Shown in pieces: positions 28,622-42,612 of a stretch of 64,000 nucleotides of DNA. The position numbers and the translations under genes were made by a program. Source of the DNA: Eledone cirrhosa (taxonomy: Eukaryota); NCBI GenBank assembly GCA_964016885.1, contig OZ024743.1:76694001-76758000 (forward strand), in the 5' to 3' direction. The stretch's first letter is position 1. Each line of letters opens with the position of its first letter. A model generated the notes under the pieces. It did not search any database. It was not told the DNA's origin and saw only the letters and a program-made list of their open reading frames with translations.

Positions 28622-28660
28622 TGAACAAGTACTTTCATGCTTTCGCAATCTTCAGGTTCA
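28622..28660 (-). ncRNA. Minimal 39-nt hammerhead ribozyme (family C)
   Basis: Minus strand TGAAC-CTGAAGA-TTGC GAAA GCAT-GAAA-GTAC-TT-GTTCA. Confidence 0.8.
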
Positions 28661-29332
28661 TATTCAGTGGTGACAGTCAAGTTGGAAATTTTCAACTGTA
28701 AATGAGATGGCTAAAATATGTGCCTTATATACAGTAAAAAGGGGCTACAGAATGGTAAGTTTTGCAAACTGTATTTAGACCAATCGGTGTGCGGTTTCAC
28801 TAGATTACTAAAGCTGATTGGTTTAGGCATCACGGTTGGTTGAGCATGTCTAACGACTTCTATTTGACCCTATCCAAAGCATCAATCGTTTTGCTATTTT
28901 TAGAAATGATGAAAATAGCATTTTCTAATATATATATATAGTTATAATAATAAATGCGAAGACTAAAATCCAAAGAGGACTCGATAAGGATAAATATATA
29001 TCGAATATATAAGAACCCTAGAGCAAATATATATTAAAATAACAGATTAAAGTTTAAGCAAAGAACCGCTGCTTTCACCCTTAAGATCCCGTTAAAGGTG
29101 AAAGCACCGATTCTTTGCTTAAACTTTAATCTGTTATTTTAATAAATAAATAAATATATATATATATATAAACCAATCAGCTTTAGTAATGCAGTGAAAC
29201 TACACACCGATTGGTCGAAATAAAGTTTGCAAAACTTAGCATTCTTTAGCCGCTTTTCACTGTATATAAGGCACATAATTAACCCATATCATTACAGTTG
29301 AAAATTGCAAACTTGACTGTCACCACAGAATA

Positions 29333-29371
29333 TGAACCTGAAGATTGCGAAAGCATGAAAGTACTTGTTCA
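29333..29371 (+). ncRNA. Minimal 39-nt hammerhead ribozyme (family C)
   Basis: Identical to the minus-strand copy: 5-bp stem I, GAAA-tetraloop stem II, palindromic AAGTACTT stem III. Confidence 0.8.
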
Positions 29372-29520
29372 ATTAACATTTAATATTCTTCCATACTATT
29401 TCATTATAATATCATTATAATTTTAAAGGATTGTAAATAAAACGAGTAAATCAGACAAAGTTGGAATTCCTTTTATTAATATATATATACATATATATAC
29501 ATATATATATATATATAAAG

Positions 29521-29612
<92 letters not shown>

Positions 29613-29673
29613 AATAAATTATACTCAACACAATGTGTATTGAACAATCTGAATTTCAATACAGATATTTAAG

Positions 29674-29929
29674 GGTATGTGGTTAGAATATCTCAAGGAA
29701 GAATCGCTGGACAAATTTTATGGGCAAAACCAGCCGGAAGGAGACCCAGGGGTAGACCCTGAGTAAGATGGGTGGATAACATCCTTGAGATTGGCTGGTC
29801 TCGCTTGGTGATCCAGTCGGATCAGTTAGAGACGGTTGCTTCTGACAGGACCTGCTGGAAGAAGAAGAAGAAGAAGAAGAAGAAGAAGAAGAAGAAGAAG
29901 AAGAAGAAGAAGAAGAAGAAGAAGAAGAG
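29674..29929 (+). mobile_element. RTE LINE 3' fragment with (GAA)n tail
   Basis: GYVVRISQGRIAGQILWAKPAGRRPRGRP*VRWVDNI, the same family as 23431-23982. Confidence 0.85.
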
Positions 29930-30520
29930 ATAAACTTTGTACTATTGACCAGACGGTGTATCTCAGCTGCAGGCATTAGCTACACCCTTGTATCACGAAT
30001 TGGTAGAGTTGTTACGTCTGAACATCTGATAGTTGTTAGAACGTCTGATAGAACGTGAGAACGTCTGAACGTCTGAACGTCTGTTCCGACTCTCTGCTCT
30101 CTGAATTAAAATACTACCGAGGTCAACTTTGCCTTTTATCAGTAGTGGGTCACTTCTGTTCTTCCACTCTCTATTCTTGTCTGGAAGAAATCTGCTGTTT
30201 CCAGACCTGGAGAGGACATGAGCTCCACCAGGTTTAGATATTCCCCAGAAATACCATATCTCAATATGTCGCTCCTACGACTCCCCCATGAGTTACACAC
30301 CGCGGACAGCTGCGCCCTGCGGACATTGCCAGCTACACCTGCTTATATCAGCCATTGCACATCATGGGGCTCCTACCTCAGGGCAAGGAGGGTGCACTTC
30401 TCCCGATTTTGAGAGAAGAAAACGGGCATTCCTGGGACTGAGAGAACAGAGGAGTTCTCAACGTGGACATGAATAATAAGCGATCGCTGAAGTCACGGTA
30501 TTCTGCTCAGTTTATTAACC

Positions 30521-30884
30521 ATTATCGGTAGAGGGTCGGACGCCATGCTTTCCAGCATAGTTACGTCCCTTTATGGTCTGAGTTCAAATCCCGTCGAGAT
30601 CAACTTTTCCTTTCATCCTTACGGGGTCGATAAAATAAAGTACCAGTAATGTACTGGGATAATTGCTGGCCTTGTGCCAAAAGTAGAAACAATTATTATT
30701 ATGGCAGTATCGGTAGAGGGTCGGACGCCATGCTTTACAGCATAGAGTTACGGTCCTTTACGGTCTGAGTTCAAATCCCGCCGAGGTTAACTTTGCATTT
30801 CATCCTTACGGGTTCGATAAAATAAAGTACCAGTAATGCACTGAGATAATTCCTGGCCTTGTGCCAAAAGTAGAAATAATTATT
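30521..30884 (+). mobile_element. Tandem pair of tRNA-derived SINEs (~180 bp each)
   Basis: A-box-like TGGCAGTATCGGTAGAG, B box GAGTTCAAATCCC, body TTTCATCCTTACGGGGTCGATAAAATAAAGTACCAGT, and ATT tail. Copies at 30521-30700 and 30703-30884. Confidence 0.9.
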
Positions 30885-31458
30885 AACAATTATTATCTAA
30901 TTTCTCAACAATGTCGTTTGTTTCCGAATGTTCAATCGACAAGTCGGCCTAAACACGATATATTCGAATCAATTATAAAGTTGCCGCACTCTTCTTCGTG
31001 TAAAGCAGTGATACGTTTGAGAAAGTTGTAGCGAAGATAGAAAGTAATAAAAAGAAAAAGAAAATGAAAAGAAATGTATAAGGTTTGCTAAGTAAAAGGG
31101 AGCTCGGGACCCTATCTTTAATAGTAATGTATAACAATCAATTAAGTATTGCTTTTTTAAGTCCCTTAAATATATATCTAGTTTTTGTTGTTTTCGGGGA
31201 CATTTTGATAACGTCAGCCTTGACCAGTTATGTCGGATCGTCAACCCTGTTATTATAGAAATTGTATGGACTTAACTTGGCAATACGACTTGAATTTAAT
31301 GATGCTAACTCCGACAAAATGACTCTGTCTGCTTAGGTATGATATATGACATTCTTCTCTTTCTCCGTCTCTCTTACCCTACACACACATATATATATAT
31401 ATATATGTATGTATGTATATATATATATATATCTTACCACTCTCTCCTTCCTTTTCCT

Positions 31459-31489
<31 letters not shown>

Positions 31490-31530
31490 ACTAGAAGTGT
31501 AAGTCAACAGGCTAAAATTAACTTCGTTTA

Positions 31531-31633
<103 letters not shown>

Positions 31634-31808
31634 TATAGAGAGAGAGGTGAGAGAGAGAGAGAGATACATAGGTGTGTATATATATATATATACATACATA
31701 TACATACATATATACATATATATATACATACATATATATACATGTATATATATATGTGTGTATATATATATATATATATGCACATATATATATACATATA
31801 TACATACA

Positions 31809-31841
<33 letters not shown>

Positions 31842-32409
31842 TACATATATATATATATATATGTGTATGTGTGTATATATATATAATATATATGAGGGCG
31901 TACATGGTCCGTGGTTAGAGTTATGAATACATTAGCTAATTTGTGGGTTTGTACGATGTAAGACCTAGAACGAATGAAGCTATTGAAGCTGTGATATATT
32001 GAGCCAACCTACTCCTATTAGAAACCCCTTAACTGCAGCCTATATCAACCATTTTTGTCCATTTGTTTGTGGGTCATTGGGTATAACTCTAATGAGATAA
32101 TGTAAAGTTTAGTAAAATTTACTGCAGTCTGTCCATATTAAATTTAACTATTTGTCAGTGGACAAAAAGGATTATATCTTACTAGAAATTGACTTTGTTT
32201 TAAATATATATACACACAATCTACGTGTGTATATATACACAGTACACAGATCAATAGTGTGGAACTCTTTACCCTCACTTCCTCCCCTCTCTACTATTAC
32301 ACTAACTGACTGTATTTCATTCTATTTCTAACTTATTAAAATGTTCTTAAATGAAAATCTCATTACTGAATGGTACCGCGTAGTGAATAGTTGAATTCCA
32401 CTACTAAAG

Positions 32410-32519
32410 GCTTTCTGATGAAGTGTAATAAATAATTAAGTATTGCATATGATTGAACACTATATAATGTAGTCAGCATATGTAGACAATTATAATATAC
32501 ACGGAACATATGTTAAAGC
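32410..32519 (+). ncRNA. Degenerate hammerhead with a long stem II (further PLE pLTR remnant)
   Basis: GCTTT-CTGATGA-AGTGTA...TACAC-GGAA-CATATG-TT-AAAGC. Stem I and the palindromic stem III are intact, but GAAA is changed to GGAA. Confidence 0.55.
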
Positions 32520-32587
32520 AAATAAATTCATAATCTCTTCACGCCGACGTTTTATTTTCCTTGGTGCAATACTTGCTTATATTATAT

Positions 32588-32698
32588 GTTCAAATCCCGC
32601 CGAGGTTAACTTTGCCTTTCATCCTTACGGGGTCGATTAAATAAAGTACCAGTAATGCACTGGGTAATTGCTGGCCTTGTGCTTAAAGTAGAAACAAT
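32588..32698 (+). mobile_element. 5'-truncated SINE
   Basis: GTTCAAATCCCGCCGAGGTTAACTTTGCCTTTCATCC...GTAGAAACAAT. Confidence 0.85.
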
Positions 32699-32894
32699 AT
32701 ATATAGATATAAATATAGATATATATGTGTGTGTGTGCGTGTGTGTGTGTTTGTGTGTGTGGGTGGGGTGGGGGTGCGTGTGCGTGTGAGTGTGTGTATG
32801 TGTGTGTATGTGTGTGTGTGTGTGCAAGTGTATGTGTATCTATATGTGTGTGTGTGAGTATATGTATATATATATATATATAAATATATATATA

Positions 32895-33095
32895 TAACGA
32901 AGGAAATATGGTAAGGAACCAGGTGGACCATAACGCACCAAAGTACTCAATACTTAGGGTAGTAGAGTGGGTAATAGGAACGAGTAGGACCCGACGGCTG
33001 AGCTCAAGCCGTTTCGACGGCTAATTCTGGACTAAAAATAGTCCAGAATTAGCCGTCGAAACGGCTTGAGCTCAGCCGTCGGAGTCCTACTCGTT

Positions 33096-33100
<5 letters not shown>
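32895..33100 (-). mobile_element. Family D short element with ~61-bp foldback arms
   Basis: 32974-33034 pairs with 33039-33100. Homologous to 33562-33760 and 35195-35332, and flanked by (TA)n. Confidence 0.75.
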
Positions 33101-33156
<56 letters not shown>

Positions 33157-33174
33157 TCAAACACACATATATAT

Positions 33175-33260
33175 ATGAGGGTCATCTGAAAAGTTCATAG
33201 AGTGACCAAGATACTCTCATGGAATGACCAAATGGAGTCTATTTTTCAACACAGTCCCTG
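33175..33260 (+). mobile_element. Mariner-like terminal fragment
   Basis: TATGAGGGTCATCTGAAAAGTTC...TATTTTTCAACACAGTCCC after a TA, resembling mariner ends (TACGAGGG...AAAAGT). No partner TIR was found. Confidence 0.45.
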
Positions 33261-33339
33261 GAAAGAAATAATGCAGTTATTAATAAGAAGAGTTGAAGTT
33301 AAGGCATGCAAGATTTCACAGCACTAGCATCACTCCTTC

Positions 33340-33423
<84 letters not shown>

Positions 33424-33534
33424 TGCACTGAAACTGTAGTGATTTCCAGTGGTTGACTGAGGAGATGGGACTGACCGTCTTTCCGTTGTTGTTGTTTTTT
33501 CAGTTGTCTTTGTTCTGTGTGCTCCCTATTTTGA

Positions 33535-33561
<27 letters not shown>

Positions 33562-33567
<6 letters not shown>

Positions 33568-33756
33568 AAGATGTGTAACCCCGACGGTAGAGCTCAAGCC
33601 GTTTCGACGGCTATTTCTGAACGCAGAAGTAGCCGTTCGAAAGGCTTGAGCTCTGCCGTCGGGGTTACACATTTTTCTATTACCCACTCTACTACACTAA
33701 GTATTGAGTACTCTGGTGCGTTATGGTCCATCTGGTTCCTTACCATACTCCCTTCG

Positions 33757-33760
<4 letters not shown>
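33562..33760 (+). mobile_element. Family D short element with foldback
   Basis: ATAGGAAGATGTGTAACCCCGACGG...CCGTCGGGGTTACACATTTTTCTAT, then a unique tail ending CCTTCGTTA(TA)n. Confidence 0.75.
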
Positions 33761-34030
<270 letters not shown>

Positions 34031-34356
34031 GTAGAAAAGTCTTGAGAAGCTAGGCTTCACAGGAACAGAAAGAACACAACTAGTTAGGAAATTACAAGTA
34101 CAATCCATTAATGGAACAGTAAAAATATGTAAAACATTCCAAAAGTTCTGCATCTAATAACTGCATATACACATGTACAGATACAAAGCATATACACATG
34201 CACACATACAACTCAAAACATACACATCCACACATACAATAACATCCATACCTACACATGCAGACATATCTACCTAGTTGCTGTGTAAATTCCAATGAGA
34301 GTCTTGTGTCTATGTTAGAAACCGACTCTCTCTCTATTGGTAAAACTTTGTGAAAT

Positions 34357-34635
34357 TATACATACATACATATATATAGATATATATATATCTATATATA
34401 TATACATGTATACATACATATATACATACATACATATATATATACATACATATACATATATACATACATACATACACATTCATATATATATACATACATG
34501 CATACATACATATATATATACATACATACATACATACATACATACATACATACATACATACATACATACATACATACATACGTACGTACATATATACATA
34601 CATGCATACATGCATACATACACACACACATACAT

Positions 34636-34670
<35 letters not shown>

Positions 34671-34805
34671 TACATACATACATACATACATACATACATA
34701 CATACATACATACATACCTACATACCTACATACATACATACATACATACATACATACATACATACATACATACATACATACATACACATATACATACACA
34801 CAAAC
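34357..34805. repeat. (CATA)n microsatellite
   Basis: Direct inspection. Confidence 0.95.
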
Positions 34806-35065
34806 ACCCAAGAAGCTGTGTGTAGTGAACGGTGATCCAGTAAATCACATAATATATTGACAGGCTGGTAATTACGGCATATTCTCCACTGGTAGACAGC
34901 TATTCAATTATTCCTAATCTGTATGATCTGACAACCAGCATTATTTATTCTATGGCTACTGTTAAACCAATTCATAAACCGTTAGAATAAGTAAAAATGA
35001 GGTAGGAAAAACACGGAGAAAATACCACAAGGGTTATATATACATACACATATACATACGTATAC

Positions 35066-35187
<122 letters not shown>

Positions 35188-35194
35188 GTGTGTG

Positions 35195-35332
35195 TAGGAA
35201 AAGAGTCTGTTATAGTTCGGATCTAGCTGTCGAAACGACCGGAGCTCAGCCGTCGGGGTCCTGACTCTTTTCCTATTACCCACTCTGGTTCGTTATGGTC
35301 CACCTGGTTCCTTACCACACTTCCCTTGTTAT
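35195..35332 (+). mobile_element. Family D diverged copy with a 13-bp inverted stub
   Basis: TAGGAAAAGAGTC ... GACTCTTTTCCTA, then TTACCCACTCTGGTTCGTTATGGTCCACCTGGTTCCTTACCA. Confidence 0.7.
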
Positions 35333-35387
35333 ATATATTTATATACATATATATATATATATATATATACGTACATACATACATACA

Positions 35388-35418
<31 letters not shown>

Positions 35419-35533
35419 GTGTGTGTGTTTTTATATATGTATATATTTATGTGTGTATATATATATTTATATGTGTGTGTGTGTGTGTGTGTGTATGTAT
35501 ATATATATATATATAAATGAATATATATATGAA

Positions 35534-35601
<68 letters not shown>

Positions 35602-35611
35602 TATATATATA

Positions 35612-35860
35612 TACATAAATGGTAATTTCTGTCTGTGTGTTTGTTTGTTTGTGGATTTGTTTGTGAACCTAAAACTCAAAAACTACCAAACCGATCTTGA
35701 TGAAACTTGACACGCGTGTGACTCTCATGCCCATTTGATTTCTTACGCACTTTGAAGTTAAAAAAAAATCGATAATTTCCAGTCTGCATCGATTTTTTTC
35801 TAAATCAATAGGACATTTGCATGCTCATATGAATGTTATTTTCTGCCATAACTTTTAAAG
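35612..35860 (+). mobile_element. Non-autonomous Helitron/Helentron-like 5' region
   Basis: TCTGTCTGTGTGTTTGTTTGTTTG followed by AACTCAAAAACTACCAAACCGATCTTGATGAAACTTGACAC, a layout typical of microsatellite-bearing non-autonomous Helitrons. The right end is uncertain. Confidence 0.55.
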
Positions 35861-37033
35861 TTCTCAAAAAATTATCCCAGACAATTCACGGAAGGCAAAA
35901 AGCCACACAAACTTATTTTTCATTTGGTTTGTTTCTTCTGATATAAGCAACCAATTTACTTTAAACTGTACAGGTGCATTATTTATATATCAATAAGGTG
36001 TTAAAAGTTTCCCCAGGGCACCTTAATAAAGCGAAAACGTCGCAAATATCGAATGTTGCAAATTCTTTTTTCAAACATCATAGATACACCACTTATGTGA
36101 AGTGGATGGTTTTATCCAGCTGGACAGAGGATAACAATTGAATTTGCCCTCTACGGGCCGAGTTTTACCCAAACAAATGGGATGTATGGGCTCTGGTTGG
36201 GTAATGCGGGGGTATTTACCAAAAATGTATATGGGCGGAACCCTTTGCGAATCAAATAGAAATCTTCAATGGGCCACAGTTGACACGCGAGCCGTAAGGA
36301 TATTTAAAATTACCTACACACCCTAGGCTGTGTCATCTTTGCTGCTATCATGCGTATATTTAACAGAGAGAGAAAGTAAAATGTAGGAAAACAGGAAAAA
36401 AAATACAAAAGATAGAAGATAGAAAAAACGTTTGGGTTTGTTTGTAAATCAGGCCGGTTATAAAGAGGAAGTAAGCGTGGAGATGTAAACATTGAGAAAT
36501 GAGTGGCTGAGAGGAAGTTAAAGAAGGGAGGTTAGTGTGCGCATACAAGCAAGCACACGTATGTGCTACTAAGTGTGCACAATACAGAAGTAGAGTATAT
36601 AATTTTATTGAGAGTATAAAAGGCACAATTTTTCAGTGACTGACTAGTTTCATCGCAGTGACGAATCATCAAACTGAAATAAAGCACAGCAATCACTTGT
36701 GTATTGAGTTCTTTGGTAGAGCCCTGGAGTTTAACTGTCTTTTTGTACAGCGAGACAAAATATAGATGTATTAAATGCGTGGTATGGTCCCTTAACTCCT
36801 TGTAGGGCGCCGTATTGGTATAGGCGTTTCTTGAGCATTTTAAGCCTGGCGGAGCCCATCTTCTCTCCAGGTGTGAATACAACAGATTTCTTTCAGAGAA
36901 GGATAGAATGACAGAGAAGAGGTGATAAAGAGACATAGAGGAAGAATTGACCCCAGCATTCGACTGGCATTATTTTTGTCGATGTAAGAGTATCGTAACA
37001 TGATATCATAATATAAAAACAACAGATTATCCA

Positions 37034-40000
37034 CTTATAATATAACTAACATATAAACAGGACATTTACTGTAATATAGATATAATATAGATATAGTATA
37101 ACTAACATATTAACAAGACAATGGTGTCAGCTATTGACTGTAATATAGATATAATATATCTATAATATAACTAACATATTAACAAGACACTAGAGTCAGC
37201 TATTGACTGTAATATAGATATAATATAGATATAATATAACAAACATATTAACAAGACACTGGAGTCAGCTATTGACTGTAATATAGATATAATATAGATA
37301 TAATATAACCAACATATTAACAAGACAATGGAGTCAGCTATTGACTGTAATATAGATATAATATGTCTATAATATAACCAACATATTAACAAGACACTGG
37401 AGTCAGCTATTGACTGTAATATAGATATAATATAGATATAATATAACTAACATATTAACAAGACACTGGAGTCAGCTATTGCCTGTAATATAGATATAAT
37501 ATAGATATAATATAACTAACATATTAACAGGACACTGGAGTCAGCTATTGACTGTAATATAGATATAATATATCTATAATATAACTAACATATTAACAAG
37601 ACACTGGAGTCAGCTATTGACTGTAATATAGATATAATATATCTATAATATAACCAACATATTAACAAGACAATGGAGTCAGCTATTGACTGTAATATAG
37701 ATATAATATAGATATAATATAACTAACATATTAACAAGACACTGTAGTCAGCTATTGACTGTAATATAGATATAATATATCTATAATATAACTAACATAT
37801 TAACAAGACACTGGAGTCAGCCATTGACTGTAATATAGATATAATATAGATATAATATAACTAACATATTAACAAGACACTGTAGTCAGCTATTGACTGT
37901 AATATAGATATAATATAGATATAATATAACTAACATATTAACAAGACACTGGAGTCAGCTATTGACTGTAATATAGATATAATATATCTATAATATAACT
38001 AACATATTAACAAGACACTGGAGTCAGCTATTGACTGTAATATAAATATAATATATCTATAATATAACTAACATATTAACAAGACGCTGGAGTCAGCTAT
38101 TGACTGTAATATAGATATAATATAGATATAATATAACTAACATATTAACAAGACACTGGAGTCAGCTATTGACTGTAATATAGATAGAATATATCTATAA
38201 TATAACTAACATATTAACAAGTCACTGGAGTCAGCTATTGACTGTAATATAGATATAATATAGATATAATATAACTAACATATTAACAAGTCACTGGAGT
38301 CAGCTATTGACTGTAATATAGATATAATATAACTAACATATTAACAAGACACTGGAGTCAGCTATTGACTGTAATATAGATATAATATAGATATAATATA
38401 ACTAATATATTAACAAGTCACTGGAGTCAGCTATAGACTGTAATATAGATATAATATAGATATAATATAACTAACATATTAACAAGACACTGTAGTCAGC
38501 TATTGACTGTAATATAGATATAATATAGATATAATATAACCAACATATTAACAAGACACTGGAGTCAGCTATTGACTGTAATATAGATATAATATATCTA
38601 TAATATAACTAACATATTAACAAGTCACTGGAGTCAGCTATTGACTGTAATATAGATATAATATAGATATAACATAACTAACATATTAACAAGACACTGG
38701 AGTCAGCTATTGACTGTAATATAGATATAATATAGATATAATATAACTAACATATTAACAAGACACTGGAGTCAGCTATTGACTGTAATATAGATATAAT
38801 ATAGATATAATATAACTAACATATTAACAAGACACTGGAGTCAGCTATTGACTGTAATATAGATATAATATATCTATAATATAACTAACATATTAACAAG
38901 ACACTGGAGTCTGCTATTGACTGTAATATAGATATAATATATCTATAATATAACTAACATATTAACAAGACACTGGAGTCTGCTATAGACTGTAATATAG
39001 ATATAATATATCTATAATATAACTAACATATTAACAAGACACTGGAGTCTGCTATTGACTGTAATATAGATATAATATATCTATAATATAACTAACATAT
39101 TAACAAGACACTGGAGTCTGCTATTGACTGTAATATAGATATAATATATCTATAATATAACTAACATATTAACAAGACACTGTAGTCAGCTATTGACTGT
39201 AATATAGATATAATATAGATATAATATATCTATAATATAACTAACATATTAACAAGACACTGTAGTCAGCTATTGACTGTAATATAGATATAATATAGAT
39301 ATAATATAACTAACATATTAACAAGACACTGGAGTCAGCTATTGACTGTAATATAGATATAATATAGATATAATATAACTAACATATTAACAAGACACTG
39401 GAGTCAGCTATTGACTGTAATATAGATATAATATATCTATAATATAACTAACATATTAACAAGACACTGGAGTCAGCTATTGACTGTAATATAGATATAA
39501 TATAGATATAATATAACTAACATATTAACAAGACACTGGAGTCAGCTATTGACTGTAATATAGATATAATATAGATATAATATAACTAACATATTAACAA
39601 GACACTGGAGTCTGCTATAGACTGTAATATAGATATAATATATCTATAATATAACTAACATATTAACAAGATACTGGAGTCTGCTATTGACTGTAATATA
39701 GATATAATATATCTATAATATAACTAACATATTAACAAGACACTGGAGTCTGCTATTGACTGTAATATAGATATAATATATCTATAATATAACTAACATA
39801 TTAACAAGACACTGTAGTCAGCTATTGACTGTAATATAGATATAATATAGATATAATATAACTAACATATTAACAAGACACTGGAGTCAGCTATTGACTG
39901 TAATATAGATATAATATAGATATAATATAACTAACATATTAACAAGACACTGGAGTCAGCTATTGACTGTAATATAGATATAATATATCTATAAGATAAC

Positions 40001-40263
40001 TAACATATTAACAAGACACTGGAGTCAGCTATTGACTGTAATATAGATATAATATAGATGTAATATAACTAACATATTAACAAGACACTGGAGTCAGCTA
40101 TTGACTGTAATATAGATAAAATATAGATATAATATAACTAACATATTAACAGGACACTGGAGTCAGCTATTGCCTGTAATATAGATATAATATAGATATA
40201 ATATAACTAACATATTAACAAGACACTGGAGTCAACTATTGACTGTAATGTAGATATAATATA
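37034..40263. repeat. 69-bp satellite, left part (~47 units)
   Basis: Unit AACATATTAACAAGACACTGGAGTCAGCTATTGACTGTAATATAGATATAATATAGATATAATATAACT. The first unit is degenerate. Confidence 0.98.
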
Positions 40264-40527
40264 TGTTTCTTTTATTTGCCACTAGGGCATCAAAAGTGGG
40301 ACAAGTACAAAGGGGGGAGTTTACACAAAAAGGCGTCCTCAATAAGGAGGAGGCAATGACAAAATATAAAAATAAAATAAGATATAACAAAAAATAAAAT
40401 TTATAACAAAATCCTCAATAGAGAGGAGGCGCCTTGGGGGGTCGCACACACCCCCGAAAAAAGTGTGCAACCCTTCTCCTCAGGAGCACAGAGAAGGGGT
40501 GCTCCCTTGGTCTTTCATCTTCCTCAC

Positions 40528-42612
40528 CTATAGTCTGATGTAGAGTGAAGGCCCATTCACACGGGCCATTCTCGCCACTTTCACCCATCTTTCATACAAA
40601 CGGCTGGGGTGCAGCACCTCTCTCTCCATCTTGATCCTTCTTCCGAAATGATATCGGAAGAAACGGACCAGTTGTTGGCCAGAGAGAAAGGTGCCTGACC
40701 TCAGTCCTTTCAGACGCGTCCACCATACAACCTCTTTCGCCATGGCTATTACGCACAGAAACACCGCCTCTGCTTCATCTTTGAAGGGGGGAGGCGGCTT
40801 GATCATTACAATAGACTCGGTGGTCAACCGGATCGGTCCCACCCTTGACAGCAGTTGTTCGACATAGCCCCACAGATCGGCTACGCCCGAGCAGTGTACC
40901 AATGCGTGTGCAACGGTTTCCTCGTCGCACACGCATCTGGGACAGATCTTTTTGGCGGGGTCCCTACCCGGGCGCCCGTGTCTGTAGAGCCTTTCTCGAA
41001 CGGGTAAAGCCCCTCGGTAGCACTGCCAGGCCAGGGACTTCTGGAAGTTGTCCATAGGTCCCGGGCTGAATGTCCTACCGAACAGGCTGGCCAGTTCGTC
41101 CTCCTCCATGTCTAGGGCTTCTCCGAGGGCGTCGTCGCACCTGCTGCGTACCAGCCCTCTATAGAATGTTGCGGTGGAGTCTCCACTGATAACCGGATCC
41201 GCCTGCCAGAGGGCGGTGAGCGCCTGGGCACACTCAGTGTGCCAGGCGCCCAGTTTTCTCGGTCTTTGCTTGACCCAGGATTGCAGCTCGGTGAGTGAGA
41301 CGAGTCTGGGAAAGGTTCGTCTCACAAACGAGGCCCACACCGGTTGTCCGGTGAGGAATACGTAGAGGTGCCGTAGCCTTAATGCGTGTTTACGCATCAT
41401 TAGCCACGGCATCCCCAGCCCTCCTTTCGAAGGGTGTTGACAGCAGATGGATCTCCTCACCATAGGAGCCCGCCTCTTCCAAAGGAATTGGAAGAGCGCG
41501 CGCTCCATCTTGGTGAGGGTTTCCCTTGGGCAGGGCACTACGGTCAGGCGGTAGTAGATGACGGACGCTATGTAGGTGTTCGCCACCTCCGCCCGACCTT
41601 TCAGGGATAGTTTGCAACTGGCCCACTTCTGAGTCAGTGCAAACACCCTGTTCGTAACCTCCGCCCAGTTTTTCTCCACCTGGAGGTCCGGTCCGAACCA
41701 GACCCCGAGCAACTTCACCGGGCCCTCCGTCCAGCGTCCGACGACGCCATCGGAGGGCATCGGTCTGCCCCTCCACGTGCCGAGTTGCAAACCAATCGAC
41801 TTGTCCCGGTTCAGCTTAGCCCCTGTGAACTTTTCGTACTCCTCCAGTAAGGTGCCGACCGCCTCGATTTCGGAGGCCGTCGACACCATTACTGTCACGT
41901 CATCGGCGTAGGCCGACACCGCTTTCCGCAATCCCGGTTCCAAAGGGATGCCCTGCAACAACTCCAACTTCCGCAGTAGTGGCTCGAGAGTCAACACATA
42001 CAGAAGGGAGGAGAGAGGGCACCCTTGTCGGATGGACCGCGCAATTTTGAACGGCTCCGAGAGGTAGCCGTTCACCTTGACCCTAGAGCAGATGCGGCTG
42101 CTGTGCATAGCAGTGATCCAGCCCCTGAAAACGGGTCCGAAGCCTGCCGCCGCTAGCAACGCATCCAGGTAACCATGGTCGACCCTATCGAACGCCTTAG
42201 ATTGATCCAAGTTGATCAGAGCCCCACCAAAGCCGGGTTCGTTCCCAACCCTCTCTATGATGTATCGCATGAGGTGGAGGTTGTCATGGATGGACCTGGA
42301 CGGGATAGCGCATGTCTGCGCATCTTCCACCAGGTTGCCCACGACAAGCGCCAACCTCTTTGCTAGCACCTTAGCCAAATTCTGTAACTCAGTATTTAGC
42401 AGAGTTATGGGCCTGAAGTTACTTATTTCGTCCCCCTTGTTCTCGTCCTTCCTCACTAGCGTGACTACGCCCTTGGTCACAGTACAGGGAATTCTCCCGT
42501 TCTCTTGCCAGTTGCAGTAGACCGCCTCGAGGAGATCGGGGAACAAGTCCGGCATAGCTAGATATAATTCGTAAGGAAGACCATCGAGACCGGGGATTTG
42601 CGTTTGCCGCAT
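40528..42612 (-). CDS. ORF2 reverse transcriptase and C-terminal Cys/His motif (second frame of a frameshifted ORF2)
   Basis: PGLDGLPYELY, NFRPITLLN, LDQSKAFDRVDH, RQGCPLS, AYADDV, KLLGVWF, KGGLG, and CPRC...ETVAHALVHC. Confidence 0.92.
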   Translation of the reverse strand: MRQTQIPGLDGLPYELYLAMPDLFPDLLEAVYCNWQENGRIPCTVTKGVVTLVRKDENKGDEISNFRPITLLNTELQNLAKVLAKRLALVVGNLVEDAQTCAIPSRSIHDNLHLMRYIIERVGNEPGFGGALINLDQSKAFDRVDHGYLDALLAAAGFGPVFRGWITAMHSSRICSRVKVNGYLSEPFKIARSIRQGCPLSSLLYVLTLEPLLRKLELLQGIPLEPGLRKAVSAYADDVTVMVSTASEIEAVGTLLEEYEKFTGAKLNRDKSIGLQLGTWRGRPMPSDGVVGRWTEGPVKLLGVWFGPDLQVEKNWAEVTNRVFALTQKWASCKLSLKGRAEVANTYIASVIYYRLTVVPCPRETLTKMERALFQFLWKRRAPMVRRSICCQHPSKGGLGMPWLMMRKHALRLRHLYVFLTGQPVWASFVRRTFPRLVSLTELQSWVKQRPRKLGAWHTECAQALTALWQADPVISGDSTATFYRGLVRSRCDDALGEALDMEEDELASLFGRTFSPGPMDNFQKSLAWQCYRGALPVRERLYRHGRPGRDPAKKICPRCVCDEETVAHALVHCSGVADLWGYVEQLLSRVGPIRLTTESIVMIKPPPPFKDEAEAVFLCVIAMAKEVVWWTRLKGLRSGTFLSGQQLVRFFRYHFGRRIKMEREVLHPSRLYERWVKVARMARVNGPSLYIRL

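Larger units (their letters stand above)
28506..29481. mobile_element. Inverted pair of ~315-bp PLE pLTRs (family C) enclosing a nested family-B hairpin
   Basis: 28506-28825 is the inverse of 29169-29481, and each arm holds an HHR. 29032-29143 is a foldback of the family-B pLTR end. Confidence 0.8.

Noticed and set aside
29032-29143. Additional hammerheads in the nested family-B hairpin
   Set aside because: Both arms are truncated at stem II and lack the complete 5' core and the stem I strand.
30521-30884. tRNA genes suggested by A/B boxes
   Set aside because: No complete cloverleaf; the boxes are the heads of multi-copy SINEs with unrelated bodies and tails.
32974-33100. Pre-miRNA or terminator interpretation of the long hairpin
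   Set aside because: The arms are an inverted duplication of a multi-copy element, and arm length differs between copies.
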